A stretch of DNA of 63,577 nucleotides from Candidatus Thalassarchaeum betae (GCA_003193925.1 PSPG01000009.1:1-63577), one strand, 5' to 3'; shown: positions 48,118-57,916, numbered from the stretch's first letter. Notes: generated from the sequence alone by a model not told the origin. Numbers and translations are program-made.

Positions 48118-48711
48118 TCACTTCTCCTCGGTTGAGTCCATCAGTCTAGGCAGGATGATCAAGATTCCGATGAGCGATGCCAGCAGCAGGAGGACCAGGG
48201 AGCCATTACCATCGCCGGACTCATGCTCCTCATCGCTGCCAGTGGGCAGTTCCCCGGTAGGCGGCGAGTGCACGTCAAGCGCGTAGTTGACGTAGAAGGC
48301 CCGACTGGAGATGCCAGAGTTTGAACTTATCTGGTGCATCATCGATATGTTGCCGGGCAGCAGGCCGTTCTCAGGAGCAAGAAGCACCAACTCGGTGACC
48401 ATGCACCCCTCATCGACCTTGGAGCCGTTCGCGGCCCGCTCGCACGATGCGTTGAGCCATTGTGTGGCGAACTCGAAGTAGCCGTCTCCGTCGGCATCTA
48501 TCTCTACCCGGTGGCTGACGCCCTCCCTGTCATCCACGTTCATGAAGAAGATCGAGTCGGTCTCCACCAGAATCCCAGCCTCGACGGAGTTCGGCGAGGA
48601 GCCGTCCTCCCTGAGCAGGAAGGTGAACTCCTGTGGGTCATGGGCCGCAACGCCTTGCGGCACCATCAGCAGCGCTGCCAGTACGAGGCTCAGCGGTGTG
48701 AGGGAACGCAT
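48118..48711 (-). CDS. Secreted, TM-anchored cupredoxin-like protein with predicted mature N-terminal His
   Basis: Signal peptide ..GVAA|HD, P....I....D.IFF.N......H, C-terminal TM. Paralogue of 52554..53081. Confidence 0.65.
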   Translation of the reverse strand: MRSLTPLSLVLAALLMVPQGVAAHDPQEFTFLLREDGSSPNSVEAGILVETDSIFFMNVDDREGVSHRVEIDADGDGYFEFATQWLNASCERAANGSKVDEGCMVTELVLLAPENGLLPGNISMMHQISSNSGISSRAFYVNYALDVHSPPTGELPTGSDEEHESGDGNGSLVLLLLASLIGILIILPRLMDSTEEK

Positions 48712-48735
48712 GGCACTCCGCAGTGCGGCGATGGC

Positions 48736-48740
48736 TTCAA
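48736..48740. promoter_or_regulatory. Centred bidirectional TATA-like element (TTCAA/TTGAA)
   Basis: Exactly 24 nt separate it from each of the divergent ATGs at 48711 (-) and 48765 (+). Confidence 0.5.
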
Positions 48741-48764
48741 CATGACCCGTTGACTGGCGCGAGC

Positions 48765-50510
48765 ATGGACACTCAGCGTGTCGCGCTGGCGGTCGGGCTC
48801 GCAGCCTGCGTTTTGGTCGCCGGCGCGGCCTCCTTCATGCTGATTCGAGACTCGAGCGAGCTCGAGAGCGAGGGCACGACGATGTTGGATCCACTGCTGC
48901 AGGATGAGGAGCACGACCACAGGAACGCCAGCTATCATATCCTGTATACCGAGAACGTCCAACCGGTATCGTACAACGAGTTGACGGACACCGGCAACGC
49001 CGAGATTCAAGTCGCCGATTCTCCCGACGGCAAGACCTACGCTTACATCGCCGGTTGGACCGAGATGCACATCGTCGACGTCACCGACCCCTCGAACACC
49101 ACGGTCACCGGCGTATACTACGACCCGAACACGCAGGTCTTCGATGTCAAGTATCTCGAGTACAACGGACGGGAGTACGTCATCCTCCAGAATCAGATCA
49201 TCGATCCGGGCGCCGCCGACCCGAACGTAGGCAATTGGGAGGACCCAGTGCAGGTCTCGGTAACCCTGGTCGACGTCACAGACAAGAGCAATCCGAGCTT
49301 CGTCGACTTTTGGTACGACGCCGACCATCCCAGCGGGCCTCACAACCTGTACACTCACATGATCGACAACGAGTGGTACATCTTCGTCGCGAACCCCGAC
49401 TACGAGTCTTGCGACGTCGGCCAAGGAGATGCCTGCGGCGGCATCACCATCGCGCACCTCAACTTCGCCGGCTTCGGCGACCTGCCAAGGATAGTCAAGA
49501 TCGGCGAGGCAGAGGTCTCGTGGGAGACCACGCGTGGAGGGTGGATCTACATCCACGACATGACGGTGCAGACCTGGCCCAGCGACATCGCGGACGACCC
49601 GCGCAACGGTCGGACCTACATCTACGGGGCCTATTGGGAGGCCGGACTCCGGATCTTCGATGTAAGCGACGTGCCGCACCCGAACAAGGACATGGTCGAG
49701 TACCTGTGGTACGGCTCGCTGTGCCGCCTCTCGGGCGGCACCCAGGCCGGCTGCACATGGCGCGCCCCCGAGGTCGGGATGTGGATGGACTTCGAGGATT
49801 TCGACGGCGACGGCGAGCCTGACAGCGGCACCACTGGCAATGAGAACGGTGGCCGGGCCTCGTACATCCACTACGCCGAGCCGTTCGACAAGATGGTCGA
49901 TGCCAGCCATCTCGGATATCCTCAGGGCAAGCGCCACCTGACGCTACTGGCGACCGAGGTCCTCGAGACCACGGTTGGGACTGGGATGGTGTATCTTCTG
50001 GACACCACGAGCTACGAGGAGGTCAACGGGAACCTCCGCTTCCTGCCGAGTCTGATACACGGCTGGGAGAACCCGTTCGCTTGGGACCATCACATCCCAG
50101 GGGGGGAGGAGTGGCTGCTGTTCAGCCCCCACAACGCGGACACGCAGATCTTCCAGACGGGGCTTCCCGGGCTCCCGGACAACAGCCACGGCGGTGCCTG
50201 GGATGGCCGTATCTACCTCTCGAGCTATCACGCCGGGCTGTGGGTCATCGACGTTGAGACGCTGATGGCGGCAGGTCTCGAGGAGGGCAACAAGACCGAT
50301 GTTCACATGGCCGCGACAGTCGGCTACCACGTGCCCCACTCACAGGACGGCGTGGCTCCGGACAGCTCATTCTATGACTTCGGATGGACTCCCTTCCTAT
50401 GGGCTGCGGAGCACCACGAGGGTTACACCTACCTGTCCTGCATCACCAGCGGGATGTACATCGTCCAACTGGACATAGACAAGCCGTATGGCAGCCTCCT
50501 AGAGCCCTGA
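48765..50510 (+). CDS. LVIVD-like His-rich beta-propeller surface protein A
   Basis: N-terminal TM, IVDVTDP, LVDVTDKSNP, AGLRIFDVS, GPHN, YIHD, YIHY, SPHN, YHAG. Confidence 0.8.
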   Translation: MDTQRVALAVGLAACVLVAGAASFMLIRDSSELESEGTTMLDPLLQDEEHDHRNASYHILYTENVQPVSYNELTDTGNAEIQVADSPDGKTYAYIAGWTEMHIVDVTDPSNTTVTGVYYDPNTQVFDVKYLEYNGREYVILQNQIIDPGAADPNVGNWEDPVQVSVTLVDVTDKSNPSFVDFWYDADHPSGPHNLYTHMIDNEWYIFVANPDYESCDVGQGDACGGITIAHLNFAGFGDLPRIVKIGEAEVSWETTRGGWIYIHDMTVQTWPSDIADDPRNGRTYIYGAYWEAGLRIFDVSDVPHPNKDMVEYLWYGSLCRLSGGTQAGCTWRAPEVGMWMDFEDFDGDGEPDSGTTGNENGGRASYIHYAEPFDKMVDASHLGYPQGKRHLTLLATEVLETTVGTGMVYLLDTTSYEEVNGNLRFLPSLIHGWENPFAWDHHIPGGEEWLLFSPHNADTQIFQTGLPGLPDNSHGGAWDGRIYLSSYHAGLWVIDVETLMAAGLEEGNKTDVHMAATVGYHVPHSQDGVAPDSSFYDFGWTPFLWAAEHHEGYTYLSCITSGMYIVQLDIDKPYGSLLEP

Positions 50511-50591
50511 TTCGCCCTAGCGCGTAGCGCAGGGCGACCGGTGCATTCAACAACCGACTGAATTCGTCGGCTGGGTGACCGAGGCCTCGCC

Positions 50592-52544
50592 GTGTTCGGA
50601 ATCCGCAACGTCCCGCCGCTACTGATTGTCGCCCTGATGGTGCTTGCACCGCTCTCAGGCTGCCTGTCGTTCATCACCGGCGAGGATTCTGACGACGATG
50701 GCTGGACTTGGGTCGACCCGGTCGTCGAGATCGAGGACGCCAACCACTCTCACAACGACATGCTGGCCCACAGGCTGTCCACCCCCAACGCCAAGCTGAT
50801 AGACTACCACAACCTCAACTGCGACGGCGAGGTGAAGCCTCCGGCCGAGCTCGACAATACCGCAGGACGTCCCTGTTATCCAGAGTGGAAGAACGTCGGA
50901 CCGACTCCCGGGGACAACTCCGAGATCGCCATCGAGGGCAACTTCGACGAGGACTGCGAGATCTACGCCGACGGCAGCGGCGGGTGCTATGCCTACGTCT
51001 CGAGTTACAACCAATTCGAGATCCTCGACATCAGCAATCCCAACGACATACAGATGCTGTCGACGTACTACGCCGAGATTGCTCGCATCATCGACATCAA
51101 AGTCACCTCTGACAACAACTGGGTCCTGGTCAACCACGAGTTGACTAACAGCGAATTGGACCCGATTCCCAACGACGACGACGCCAACAGCGGAATGAAT
51201 CGCCTCGATGTCATATACGTCGGCGACAAGACCAGCCCCATCAAGGTCGCAGAGTGGAACAACCCCCCAGCCGGCTTCCACAACCAGGACCTCCACGTCT
51301 ACTGCGACTGGGAGCCTGCCAACCCACTGTGGTCCGGCGAGGAGTGTCACCTGTTCCTGTTCGGTGCCGACCCCTACCCCGAGGTGGTCGCAGGAGGCGG
51401 CCCGGTGAAGGGCACTCAGGTGTTCTACGTGCCTCTGGGCTTCGAGTCGTGGATTCCCAACCAGAACGACGAGGAGCAGAACTCCAGCCGCGAGATTCTG
51501 CGCTGGGGTGCCTACACGCCCGAATCCTCCACCACTTGCGGTGGCTCGGTCTTCAATCACGACCACGTCTTCTTCATCCACCCCCTCACCAAGCAGAAGT
51601 TGATCATCGCTTCCTACTGGGATGCCGGTCTGCGCATAGTCGACGTCTCCGAGCCGCCAGATGTGGCCGACCCGAACGGCATCGCCTGGCCCCAGGAGAT
51701 CGGGCGTTGGATGGGATGCGCATCGGATGACAGCGGATGGTACGGGCCTGAGGGCGGGGGACACGCTGACATGTCGTCGGACGAGTGGCTGGATGCGGCT
51801 CAGGGCAACGGCAACATACACTACGCTGTGCCATTCGACAACCTGATCTGCAATGGAATAAGCGAATACGACCCGGTAGCCGAGTGGCCGAAGGAATGCG
51901 GCTCCGGACCTAGCGACGCGACCTACGGGGAGAACTGGAGGCACTACACTCTCATATCGCCTGAATACGGCTCCAACGACAACCACACGGGATACATATG
52001 GACAATCGACACCACAGATCCGAGCAAGCCATTCCTGGTCTCGAAGTGGAGGCTGCCCGGCGAGGGCATGAAGGCTAACGGGAGCAGCCACCCACAGCAC
52101 TGGATACCGGGGGGCTACATCTACAGCCCCCACAATGGGGACACCGGGACGAGTGGTCACGCCTACTGGGCGCACTACCACGCTGGCTCCTGGGCCACCG
52201 ACCACGGGCAGGCTTGGGATGAGTTGGTCTGGGAGAACGGCTACCCCGAGCCCGATCGCGGGTTCACAGCGATAGTCGAACTCGCCCCCACTCACACGGT
52301 GGGCTACTACCTGCCCTCCGGCCCGGAGTGGCTGGACAACGCCTCCGCAGCGATGGGTTACGACATGGCTGACTGCTGGGCCTCGTGCATGATACCGTTC
52401 GACTGGGGCCTGCAGTACGACCCACGGGGCTTTGTATACATCTCCGAGATGGTGAGCGGGATCTACGTCGTGCAGTTCGACGAGGACTATGATCCTCGAT
52501 ACCACTACCCGGCACTCTGGCAGGTCGAGGCCAGTGACGACTGA
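50592..52544 (+). CDS. LVIVD-like His-rich beta-propeller lipoprotein B (paralogue of A)
   Basis: LSGC lipobox, ILDISNP, AGLRIVDVS, IDTTDP, GFHN, FNHD, NIHY, SPHN, YHAG. Confidence 0.8.
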   Translation: MFGIRNVPPLLIVALMVLAPLSGCLSFITGEDSDDDGWTWVDPVVEIEDANHSHNDMLAHRLSTPNAKLIDYHNLNCDGEVKPPAELDNTAGRPCYPEWKNVGPTPGDNSEIAIEGNFDEDCEIYADGSGGCYAYVSSYNQFEILDISNPNDIQMLSTYYAEIARIIDIKVTSDNNWVLVNHELTNSELDPIPNDDDANSGMNRLDVIYVGDKTSPIKVAEWNNPPAGFHNQDLHVYCDWEPANPLWSGEECHLFLFGADPYPEVVAGGGPVKGTQVFYVPLGFESWIPNQNDEEQNSSREILRWGAYTPESSTTCGGSVFNHDHVFFIHPLTKQKLIIASYWDAGLRIVDVSEPPDVADPNGIAWPQEIGRWMGCASDDSGWYGPEGGGHADMSSDEWLDAAQGNGNIHYAVPFDNLICNGISEYDPVAEWPKECGSGPSDATYGENWRHYTLISPEYGSNDNHTGYIWTIDTTDPSKPFLVSKWRLPGEGMKANGSSHPQHWIPGGYIYSPHNGDTGTSGHAYWAHYHAGSWATDHGQAWDELVWENGYPEPDRGFTAIVELAPTHTVGYYLPSGPEWLDNASAAMGYDMADCWASCMIPFDWGLQYDPRGFVYISEMVSGIYVVQFDEDYDPRYHYPALWQVEASDD

Positions 52545-52553
52545 GGAGATCCC

Positions 52554-53081
52554 ATGCGCGTGAAGGCGCTCGCCGTAATCTTAGCACTGACTCTGCTGAT
52601 GCCGACTGCAGCAGCGCATGGTGCGAACACGTTCTCGTTCATCATGAGGAGCCAATCGATAGACCCGAACTCAGCTCAGGTCATACAGAACGACACGCTG
52701 ATCTTCTACAACACCGCTGAGCACAATCGGGCTGTCCTAATCGATATTGACGGTGATGGCCTCGACGAGGTGAATTGCGAGGCCGGGCCATCCGACTCCT
52801 CATCCATGGAGGACGAGTGTTGGATTTGGCTCGACCCCGCCAACTGGACAGCAGGAGTGTATGAGGCCAAACTGATGGAGAATGGCACGCTCTGGGGCAC
52901 AGTCGAGTTTACGATAGTGCTCGATGACCACACGGAGACACTGTCCCCAGACGACCACGACGACCACGACCACGACGAGGGCGGCGCAGAGGGGGAACTG
53001 CTGAACGCTGCTGTCCTGCTGGCCGGTGCGGCGGTCTTCGTCTGGGTGATTCGCAACGTGAAGGGGGACGAAGAGGGATGA
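52554..53081 (+). CDS. Secreted cupredoxin-like protein with mature N-terminal His and His/Asp-rich linker
   Basis: ..TAAA|HG, IDPNSAQVIQNDTLIFYN..H, DHDDHDHD, C-terminal TM. GAGGAG SD overlaps the upstream stop. Confidence 0.7.
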   Translation: MRVKALAVILALTLLMPTAAAHGANTFSFIMRSQSIDPNSAQVIQNDTLIFYNTAEHNRAVLIDIDGDGLDEVNCEAGPSDSSSMEDECWIWLDPANWTAGVYEAKLMENGTLWGTVEFTIVLDDHTETLSPDDHDDHDHDEGGAEGELLNAAVLLAGAAVFVWVIRNVKGDEEG

Positions 53082-53716
53082 GAAGGGGTGTCGTCGCAAT
53101 CATGCTGACTGTCATGCTCATGCTATCCGGCTGCCTCGGCTCTGGTTCTGATGAAATCGAGTTATTTGGCTTCGAGTACCGGGATCCCCCCGAAGCACCG
53201 GGCTTCAATCTGACTAACCAGCACGGTGAGCCGGTGAGCCTCCCGGACTTCGGGGGCAAGGTCGTAGTCGTGGCCTTCGTCTACACCCACTGCCCCGATG
53301 TCTGCACCGTCATCTCCTCGAATCTGGCATGGGTGGATGCAAACCTCGGGGACTACTCAGAGGAGGTCATCCTGCTCTCGGTCACCATAGACCCTGCCAG
53401 AGACACCGTGTCACTCCTGGCGAATTGGACCGAGACAAGGGGGTACGACTGGGACCACCTGACAGGGAATCACACGGAACTCGAGCTCATGTGGGAGGCG
53501 TGGCACGTCGGAGTGGACGACGAGCACATCGAGAACATCACCTCATCCGAGGAGGCGGGAAACGAGTCCGAAGACGGCCCACATGACTACACCCTCGGCC
53601 ACTCGATCGTCACTTTCATCCTCGACAAGGACACGAGGAAGAGGGTGGCGTACTCAGGGACCGACTGGAACATCGAGGAGTTCCTGCACGATATCCAAGC
53701 CCTCGCGGACGAGTAA
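53078..53716 (+). CDS. SCO1/SenC copper chaperone lipoprotein
   Basis: LSGC lipobox, F.LTNQ.G, F.YTHCPDVC, TIDPARDT, Y..GHS. ATGA overlap with the upstream gene. Confidence 0.92.
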   Translation: MRRGVVAIMLTVMLMLSGCLGSGSDEIELFGFEYRDPPEAPGFNLTNQHGEPVSLPDFGGKVVVVAFVYTHCPDVCTVISSNLAWVDANLGDYSEEVILLSVTIDPARDTVSLLANWTETRGYDWDHLTGNHTELELMWEAWHVGVDDEHIENITSSEEAGNESEDGPHDYTLGHSIVTFILDKDTRKRVAYSGTDWNIEEFLHDIQALADE

Positions 53717-53783
53717 TCACCAGCGATGAAAATATCATCGCCGACAAAGAACTGATTATATCCTATTGATAATGCCTATTGGC

Positions 53784-55805
53784 ATGGCCGATGATGGGGT
53801 TGCGCGCTCCCTGTTCCTCGCAGGACTGATGCTTGTCAGCGTCTTTCTGGGGGTGCTGTTCTTCGATATCCAGGATGAGGGGGGGAATCTAGCGCCCGTC
53901 ATCGAGGGGGATATCCCGCCGAACATCCTCATCGGCAGCGTCGACTCCGTTTTCTTGCGCATATACGATGAGGAGATGGCCGGGCTGACCCTAGAAGTCA
54001 GCCTCGACGGGGACGAGATTGACGACGAGCTGGACTCGGACGGCAAACTCGTCATCGACATCTCGCAACTCGGCGTCGGCAGCCACACGATCAAGGTAGT
54101 CGCGATCGACAGCCTCGGGCAGGAGTCGAAATGGACCGCCGCCTTCATGATCGAATACCCCGATGAGGGCTACACGGTCATCGTCGTCAGCACCAACGAG
54201 ATAGTCGTCGAGCAGGGCAACAGCACCACGGTATCAGGAGTCTTGGTCCACCAGAGCATGGGCACCTGCGAACTCGAGTGGTCCGACGGTAACATCAGCC
54301 AGTTCAGCCTGACCCTCCCCTTCGACGTCGAGGGCAGGTTCGACCTCGGATTCTCGAACATCCAGGAGAACCTGACGATCTCGATTCTCGGCACCTGCGG
54401 CACCTGGGTGGACTCCAGCGAGCTCGAGGTGATCGGCATCGTCGTCACCGAGCCGGACCCGGTGCGCGGCTGCACCGACCCGGAGGCCAGCAACCACGAC
54501 GAGAATGCCGAGGAGGACGACGGTTCTTGTGAGTATGACGAGCCCGAGCCCACTACGGGATGCACCGACCCTGCGGCAAACAACTACGACGAGAATGCCG
54601 AGGAGGACGACGACTCGTGCGAGTACGACGAGGAGCCTCGTGCCGAGACCGGTTCAGACGAGTGGTGGTCTCAGATCCTGCACTGCGACGATTCGAGCAC
54701 CCCTCTGGTTGACGACTACAACACCACCGGACATGACGGCTGGCTGTGCTCGCTGAGCTTTTCCACCAATGAGACCCATATCCAAATCGTTACCAACGGC
54801 CTGCCCAATCACGACTTCCATTCAGGACCGGGATGCTGCGCCAGCCAGCAGGACACCGCCTGGGTAATCCCCCTCGAGCCTACTAACGAAACCGAGTGCA
54901 ACCCGATTGCCTCCTCCGAAGGCTGCACGATGGCTCCCGAGAGGGGGCCTGTCGCCTTCGCAGTCAACGGAGTCGCCATCTACGGGCCCGAGGACGGACC
55001 CGGAGGAGATGCGGTAGCAGGACAGGAGGGTGCCTACGAGGAGGACCGTCAGAATGTCTGGCTGGGCCTGTGCCATGGTCACTCCGGGCCGGGTGGCGAG
55101 TACCACTACCATGCAGACGGCAACTGCATCCACTGGCACCCCGAAGGCGAACAGACCTGGCTGAATTACAGCATTGAGTCATCCAGGAACGTGACGGAGC
55201 ACTCCCCCATAGTCGGCTTCGCCCTCGATGGCTACCCGATCTACGGCTTCGTCGGCTGGGACGATGACGGCGAAGTCGTCGAGGTGACCTCCTCCTACCG
55301 GCTCAAGGACGGCGAGACCGGCTACAACGGAATCGACGACTACGAGTACATCGCTGACCTAGGCGACTTAGACGCCTGCAATGGCCAGTGGGGCCCCACG
55401 CCCGACTACCCCGACGGCATCTACCACTACCACACCACCTGGGTCAACGGGGAAGGCGGAATCGGATTCCCTTACTTCCTCCTCTGCTACCAGGGGGTAG
55501 TCGAGGAAGGTGAAGACCCCTGTGCCGGGTTTGGAGTGACCTGGGGGCCGGGCATAGGCCCGCCTCCCGAGGGCTGCGACCAAGGACCGGGGGGCGGCGG
55601 TCAAGGCGGCGGTGGTCAAGGCGGGGGGCAGCAGTCCTCATCGACGAGCAGCCTGATTGCCATACCCGCAGAGTCGCCGCCACCGATCAGCGGAGCCGCT
55701 CTGCTGATCGCAGTAGCAGCAGTCGGGATCAGAGCATTGGCATCCGGCGAAGCCGCTCGAGGTCAGGCTGGTACAACTCGCGGATGTCATCCAGTTCCAG
55801 TATGA
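53784..55805 (+). CDS. YHYH-domain surface protein with Ig-like N-terminus and two GCTD..DD.SC repeats
   Basis: NGLPNH, G.VA..VNGV, C.GH....YHYH, HSPIVGFALDGYPIYG, DLDACNG, YHYH.T...FPY. Confidence 0.88.
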   Translation: MADDGVARSLFLAGLMLVSVFLGVLFFDIQDEGGNLAPVIEGDIPPNILIGSVDSVFLRIYDEEMAGLTLEVSLDGDEIDDELDSDGKLVIDISQLGVGSHTIKVVAIDSLGQESKWTAAFMIEYPDEGYTVIVVSTNEIVVEQGNSTTVSGVLVHQSMGTCELEWSDGNISQFSLTLPFDVEGRFDLGFSNIQENLTISILGTCGTWVDSSELEVIGIVVTEPDPVRGCTDPEASNHDENAEEDDGSCEYDEPEPTTGCTDPAANNYDENAEEDDDSCEYDEEPRAETGSDEWWSQILHCDDSSTPLVDDYNTTGHDGWLCSLSFSTNETHIQIVTNGLPNHDFHSGPGCCASQQDTAWVIPLEPTNETECNPIASSEGCTMAPERGPVAFAVNGVAIYGPEDGPGGDAVAGQEGAYEEDRQNVWLGLCHGHSGPGGEYHYHADGNCIHWHPEGEQTWLNYSIESSRNVTEHSPIVGFALDGYPIYGFVGWDDDGEVVEVTSSYRLKDGETGYNGIDDYEYIADLGDLDACNGQWGPTPDYPDGIYHYHTTWVNGEGGIGFPYFLLCYQGVVEEGEDPCAGFGVTWGPGIGPPPEGCDQGPGGGGQGGGGQGGGQQSSSTSSLIAIPAESPPPISGAALLIAVAAVGIRALASGEAARGQAGTTRGCHPVPV

Positions 55806-57219
55806 GCATGGCGAGGCGCTCTAGCCCCATGCCCCAAGCGCACACCGGCCACTCCGTTCCGAGCGGCTCGGTCACCTCGGGTCGGAAGATCCCAGAGCCA
55901 CCTAGCTCCATCCACTCACCCCTCCACAGCACTTCGACCTCCACGCTCGGCTCGGTGTATGGGAAGTAGGCGGGCCGGACGCGTACGTCCGGGTAGCCCA
56001 TCTTGGCGTAGAACGTCTTGAGCGTCGATATCAGCATCGGCAGGTTCGCGTCCGGCTCGTGGATGATGCCCTCAATCTGGTGGAACTCGGGGAGATGGGT
56101 GCGGTCAATCGACTCCTGCCGGAACACCCGACCTATCCCGAAGACCCTGCATGGCTCGTGGGGGTTGTCGGCGATGTGACGGATGGTGTTCACCGTCGTG
56201 TGAGTCCTCAGAAGCGCCTTCTGAGCCTCGTCCCTGTCGAAAGTGCCGCCCCATCCCCTGCTTCCGGTGTCATGGCCGTGCTCGTGCACGCTGGCCCACA
56301 AGTCGAGGTACTCGTCCTCGACCTCGACCTTCTCAGGCTCGGACAGGTAGAAGGTGTCCTGCATCGTCCTCGCGGGATGCGACTGGGGTATGAACAGAGC
56401 GTCCATGTTCCACCCGGCTGATTGCACGTACGGGCCCTCGATCTCAGAGAAGCCCATCTCGAGGAAGACCGAGCGGATTCGCTCGATCAACGCCTGCATC
56501 GGGTGCGGCCTGCCGCCCAAGGGGACGGGCGCTGGTGCATTGACATCGAACGGCTTGAACTTGGCATCCCTCCACGAGTCACCCTGCAGCATCTCGGGGG
56601 TGACATCGCCGACGAGCTCGACCTCCTCCAGCCCGGACTCGTCCTCAGACGAACCTGCTTCCGTCAGGCTCCAACTCCGAGAGACGTGCTCCTCGGTTGC
56701 GATCAGGCCCTTGCGGCCGGAGAAGTGGCTGACCATCTCAGCGTCGAGGGAAGCAGCATCGAGGGGCCCGTCAGCGAGGCTCTGGATGAAGGACGTCCTC
56801 TGCTCGATGCCTGCGACCACCGCGCCTTCGTCGGCTGTTGCCAAGGCACCGGCCTCCACCTTGATACCGAGAGCCTTGAGCAAGCCAACGCCAGGGCCGG
56901 CCTCGTGGCGCTCGAATGCGGCCGACAGACCGGCCATGGTCCTTTCAGTGGGCTTCTGCTCGGACATCCAGTCCCAGAGGCGGGCCTCCAACAGCCCGTC
57001 TGCGACCGCCTTGGCACCCTCGTCGCCAAGGGACACAATCCGACCGCGCTCCTCGGCGACCTCGACGAGTCCGGCCTCGGCGAGCCCGGCTCCGGCGCCT
57101 GCGACATGGACCTGATCGGACCAACCGGTGGCTTCGAGAAGCTCGTCCAGAGACCAAGCCCGGGAAGGCTCTGGGAGCATCGCTCGCAGCATCCGGCGCT
57201 CGTTGTTGCCCAGTTCCAC
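55729..57219 (-). CDS. pheS: Phenylalanyl-tRNA synthetase alpha subunit (long archaeal type)
   Basis: WNMDALFIPQSHPARTMQDTF, LLRTHTT, FRQESIDRTHLPEFHQ, YFPYTEPS, AWGMGLERL. Confidence 0.97.
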   Translation of the reverse strand: MELGNNERRMLRAMLPEPSRAWSLDELLEATGWSDQVHVAGAGAGLAEAGLVEVAEERGRIVSLGDEGAKAVADGLLEARLWDWMSEQKPTERTMAGLSAAFERHEAGPGVGLLKALGIKVEAGALATADEGAVVAGIEQRTSFIQSLADGPLDAASLDAEMVSHFSGRKGLIATEEHVSRSWSLTEAGSSEDESGLEEVELVGDVTPEMLQGDSWRDAKFKPFDVNAPAPVPLGGRPHPMQALIERIRSVFLEMGFSEIEGPYVQSAGWNMDALFIPQSHPARTMQDTFYLSEPEKVEVEDEYLDLWASVHEHGHDTGSRGWGGTFDRDEAQKALLRTHTTVNTIRHIADNPHEPCRVFGIGRVFRQESIDRTHLPEFHQIEGIIHEPDANLPMLISTLKTFYAKMGYPDVRVRPAYFPYTEPSVEVEVLWRGEWMELGGSGIFRPEVTEPLGTEWPVCAWGMGLERLAMLILELDDIRELYQPDLERLRRMPML

Positions 57220-57293
57220 GTCACTGCCTCGGACTTTGACGAATTAGGCCGTCCACTTGACGCTTGCCGATGCGCCGTCCTGCTAGGAGGGGG

Positions 57294-57704
57294 TTACTCC
57301 TCCTCGGATTCCCACAGGAGGGTTTCGCATTCGCTGCATGAGTGGGACTTCGGCTTCGGGCCGTCTACCCAATCGACGCCCCCGCACCTGCCGCAGAGGA
57401 TCGATGTCCTGACCGGGCTCTCAAGGGTGGTGTCGACTCGGTACATGACCCGGCCAGCGTCTGGCATCTTGCCAGCCTCCGGCTCCCATGCGGCTACCTC
57501 CTCGGGGTCGACATTCTCCTCACCGGCCATCCCGAGACCGGCAATCAGGAGGGCGATTCCCGCTATTGCTAGGGGTGCTGCTACTGCCAGCGCGAAGGGC
57601 GACTCTCCGGAGGTCAGGAACACGCCGCTGCCGAGCGCTATGCACGACCAGGCGGCCAGCACAGTGTTCAGCCTGCGGTTGCGCCCGGTGGGGGCTGGCG
57701 GCAT
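57294..57704 (-). CDS. Small 2-TM membrane protein with C-terminal Zn ribbon
   Basis: Two hydrophobic helices, CGRC...CSEC. ATG 57704 has TTCAT 24 nt upstream. Confidence 0.7.
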   Translation of the reverse strand: MPPAPTGRNRRLNTVLAAWSCIALGSGVFLTSGESPFALAVAAPLAIAGIALLIAGLGMAGEENVDPEEVAAWEPEAGKMPDAGRVMYRVDTTLESPVRTSILCGRCGGVDWVDGPKPKSHSCSECETLLWESEEE

Positions 57705-57800
57705 GCCCGGCCGTGTGGGGGCCGGCGCATGAATATGGCCCCTGAGACCCGATTTCGGCGATGTAGGGTTCAAGAGTCCGAGTCCGTCGTCTTAGGGCGC

Positions 57801-57877
57801 GCCTCAGTAGCTCAGCCCGGTAGAGCATCTGATTTGTAATCAGACGGTCGGGGGTTCGACTCCCTCCTGAGGCTCCA
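57801..57877 (+). tRNA. tRNA-Thr(TGT), CCA encoded
   Basis: GCCTCAG/CTGAGGC acceptor stem, TCTGA-TTTGTAA-TCAGA anticodon arm, U73 discriminator. Confidence 0.97.
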
Positions 57878-57916
57878 AGTTGCGTCTGTGAAAGGTCAAA
57901 GAGCGGAGTGCTCCGG

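Noticed and set aside
50655-52505. 616 aa minus-strand ORF
   Set aside because: Codon-register antisense shadow of propeller B.
13090-57877. tRNAs as integration sites of islands or proviruses
   Set aside because: No integrase and no duplicated tRNA 3' end was found by eye.
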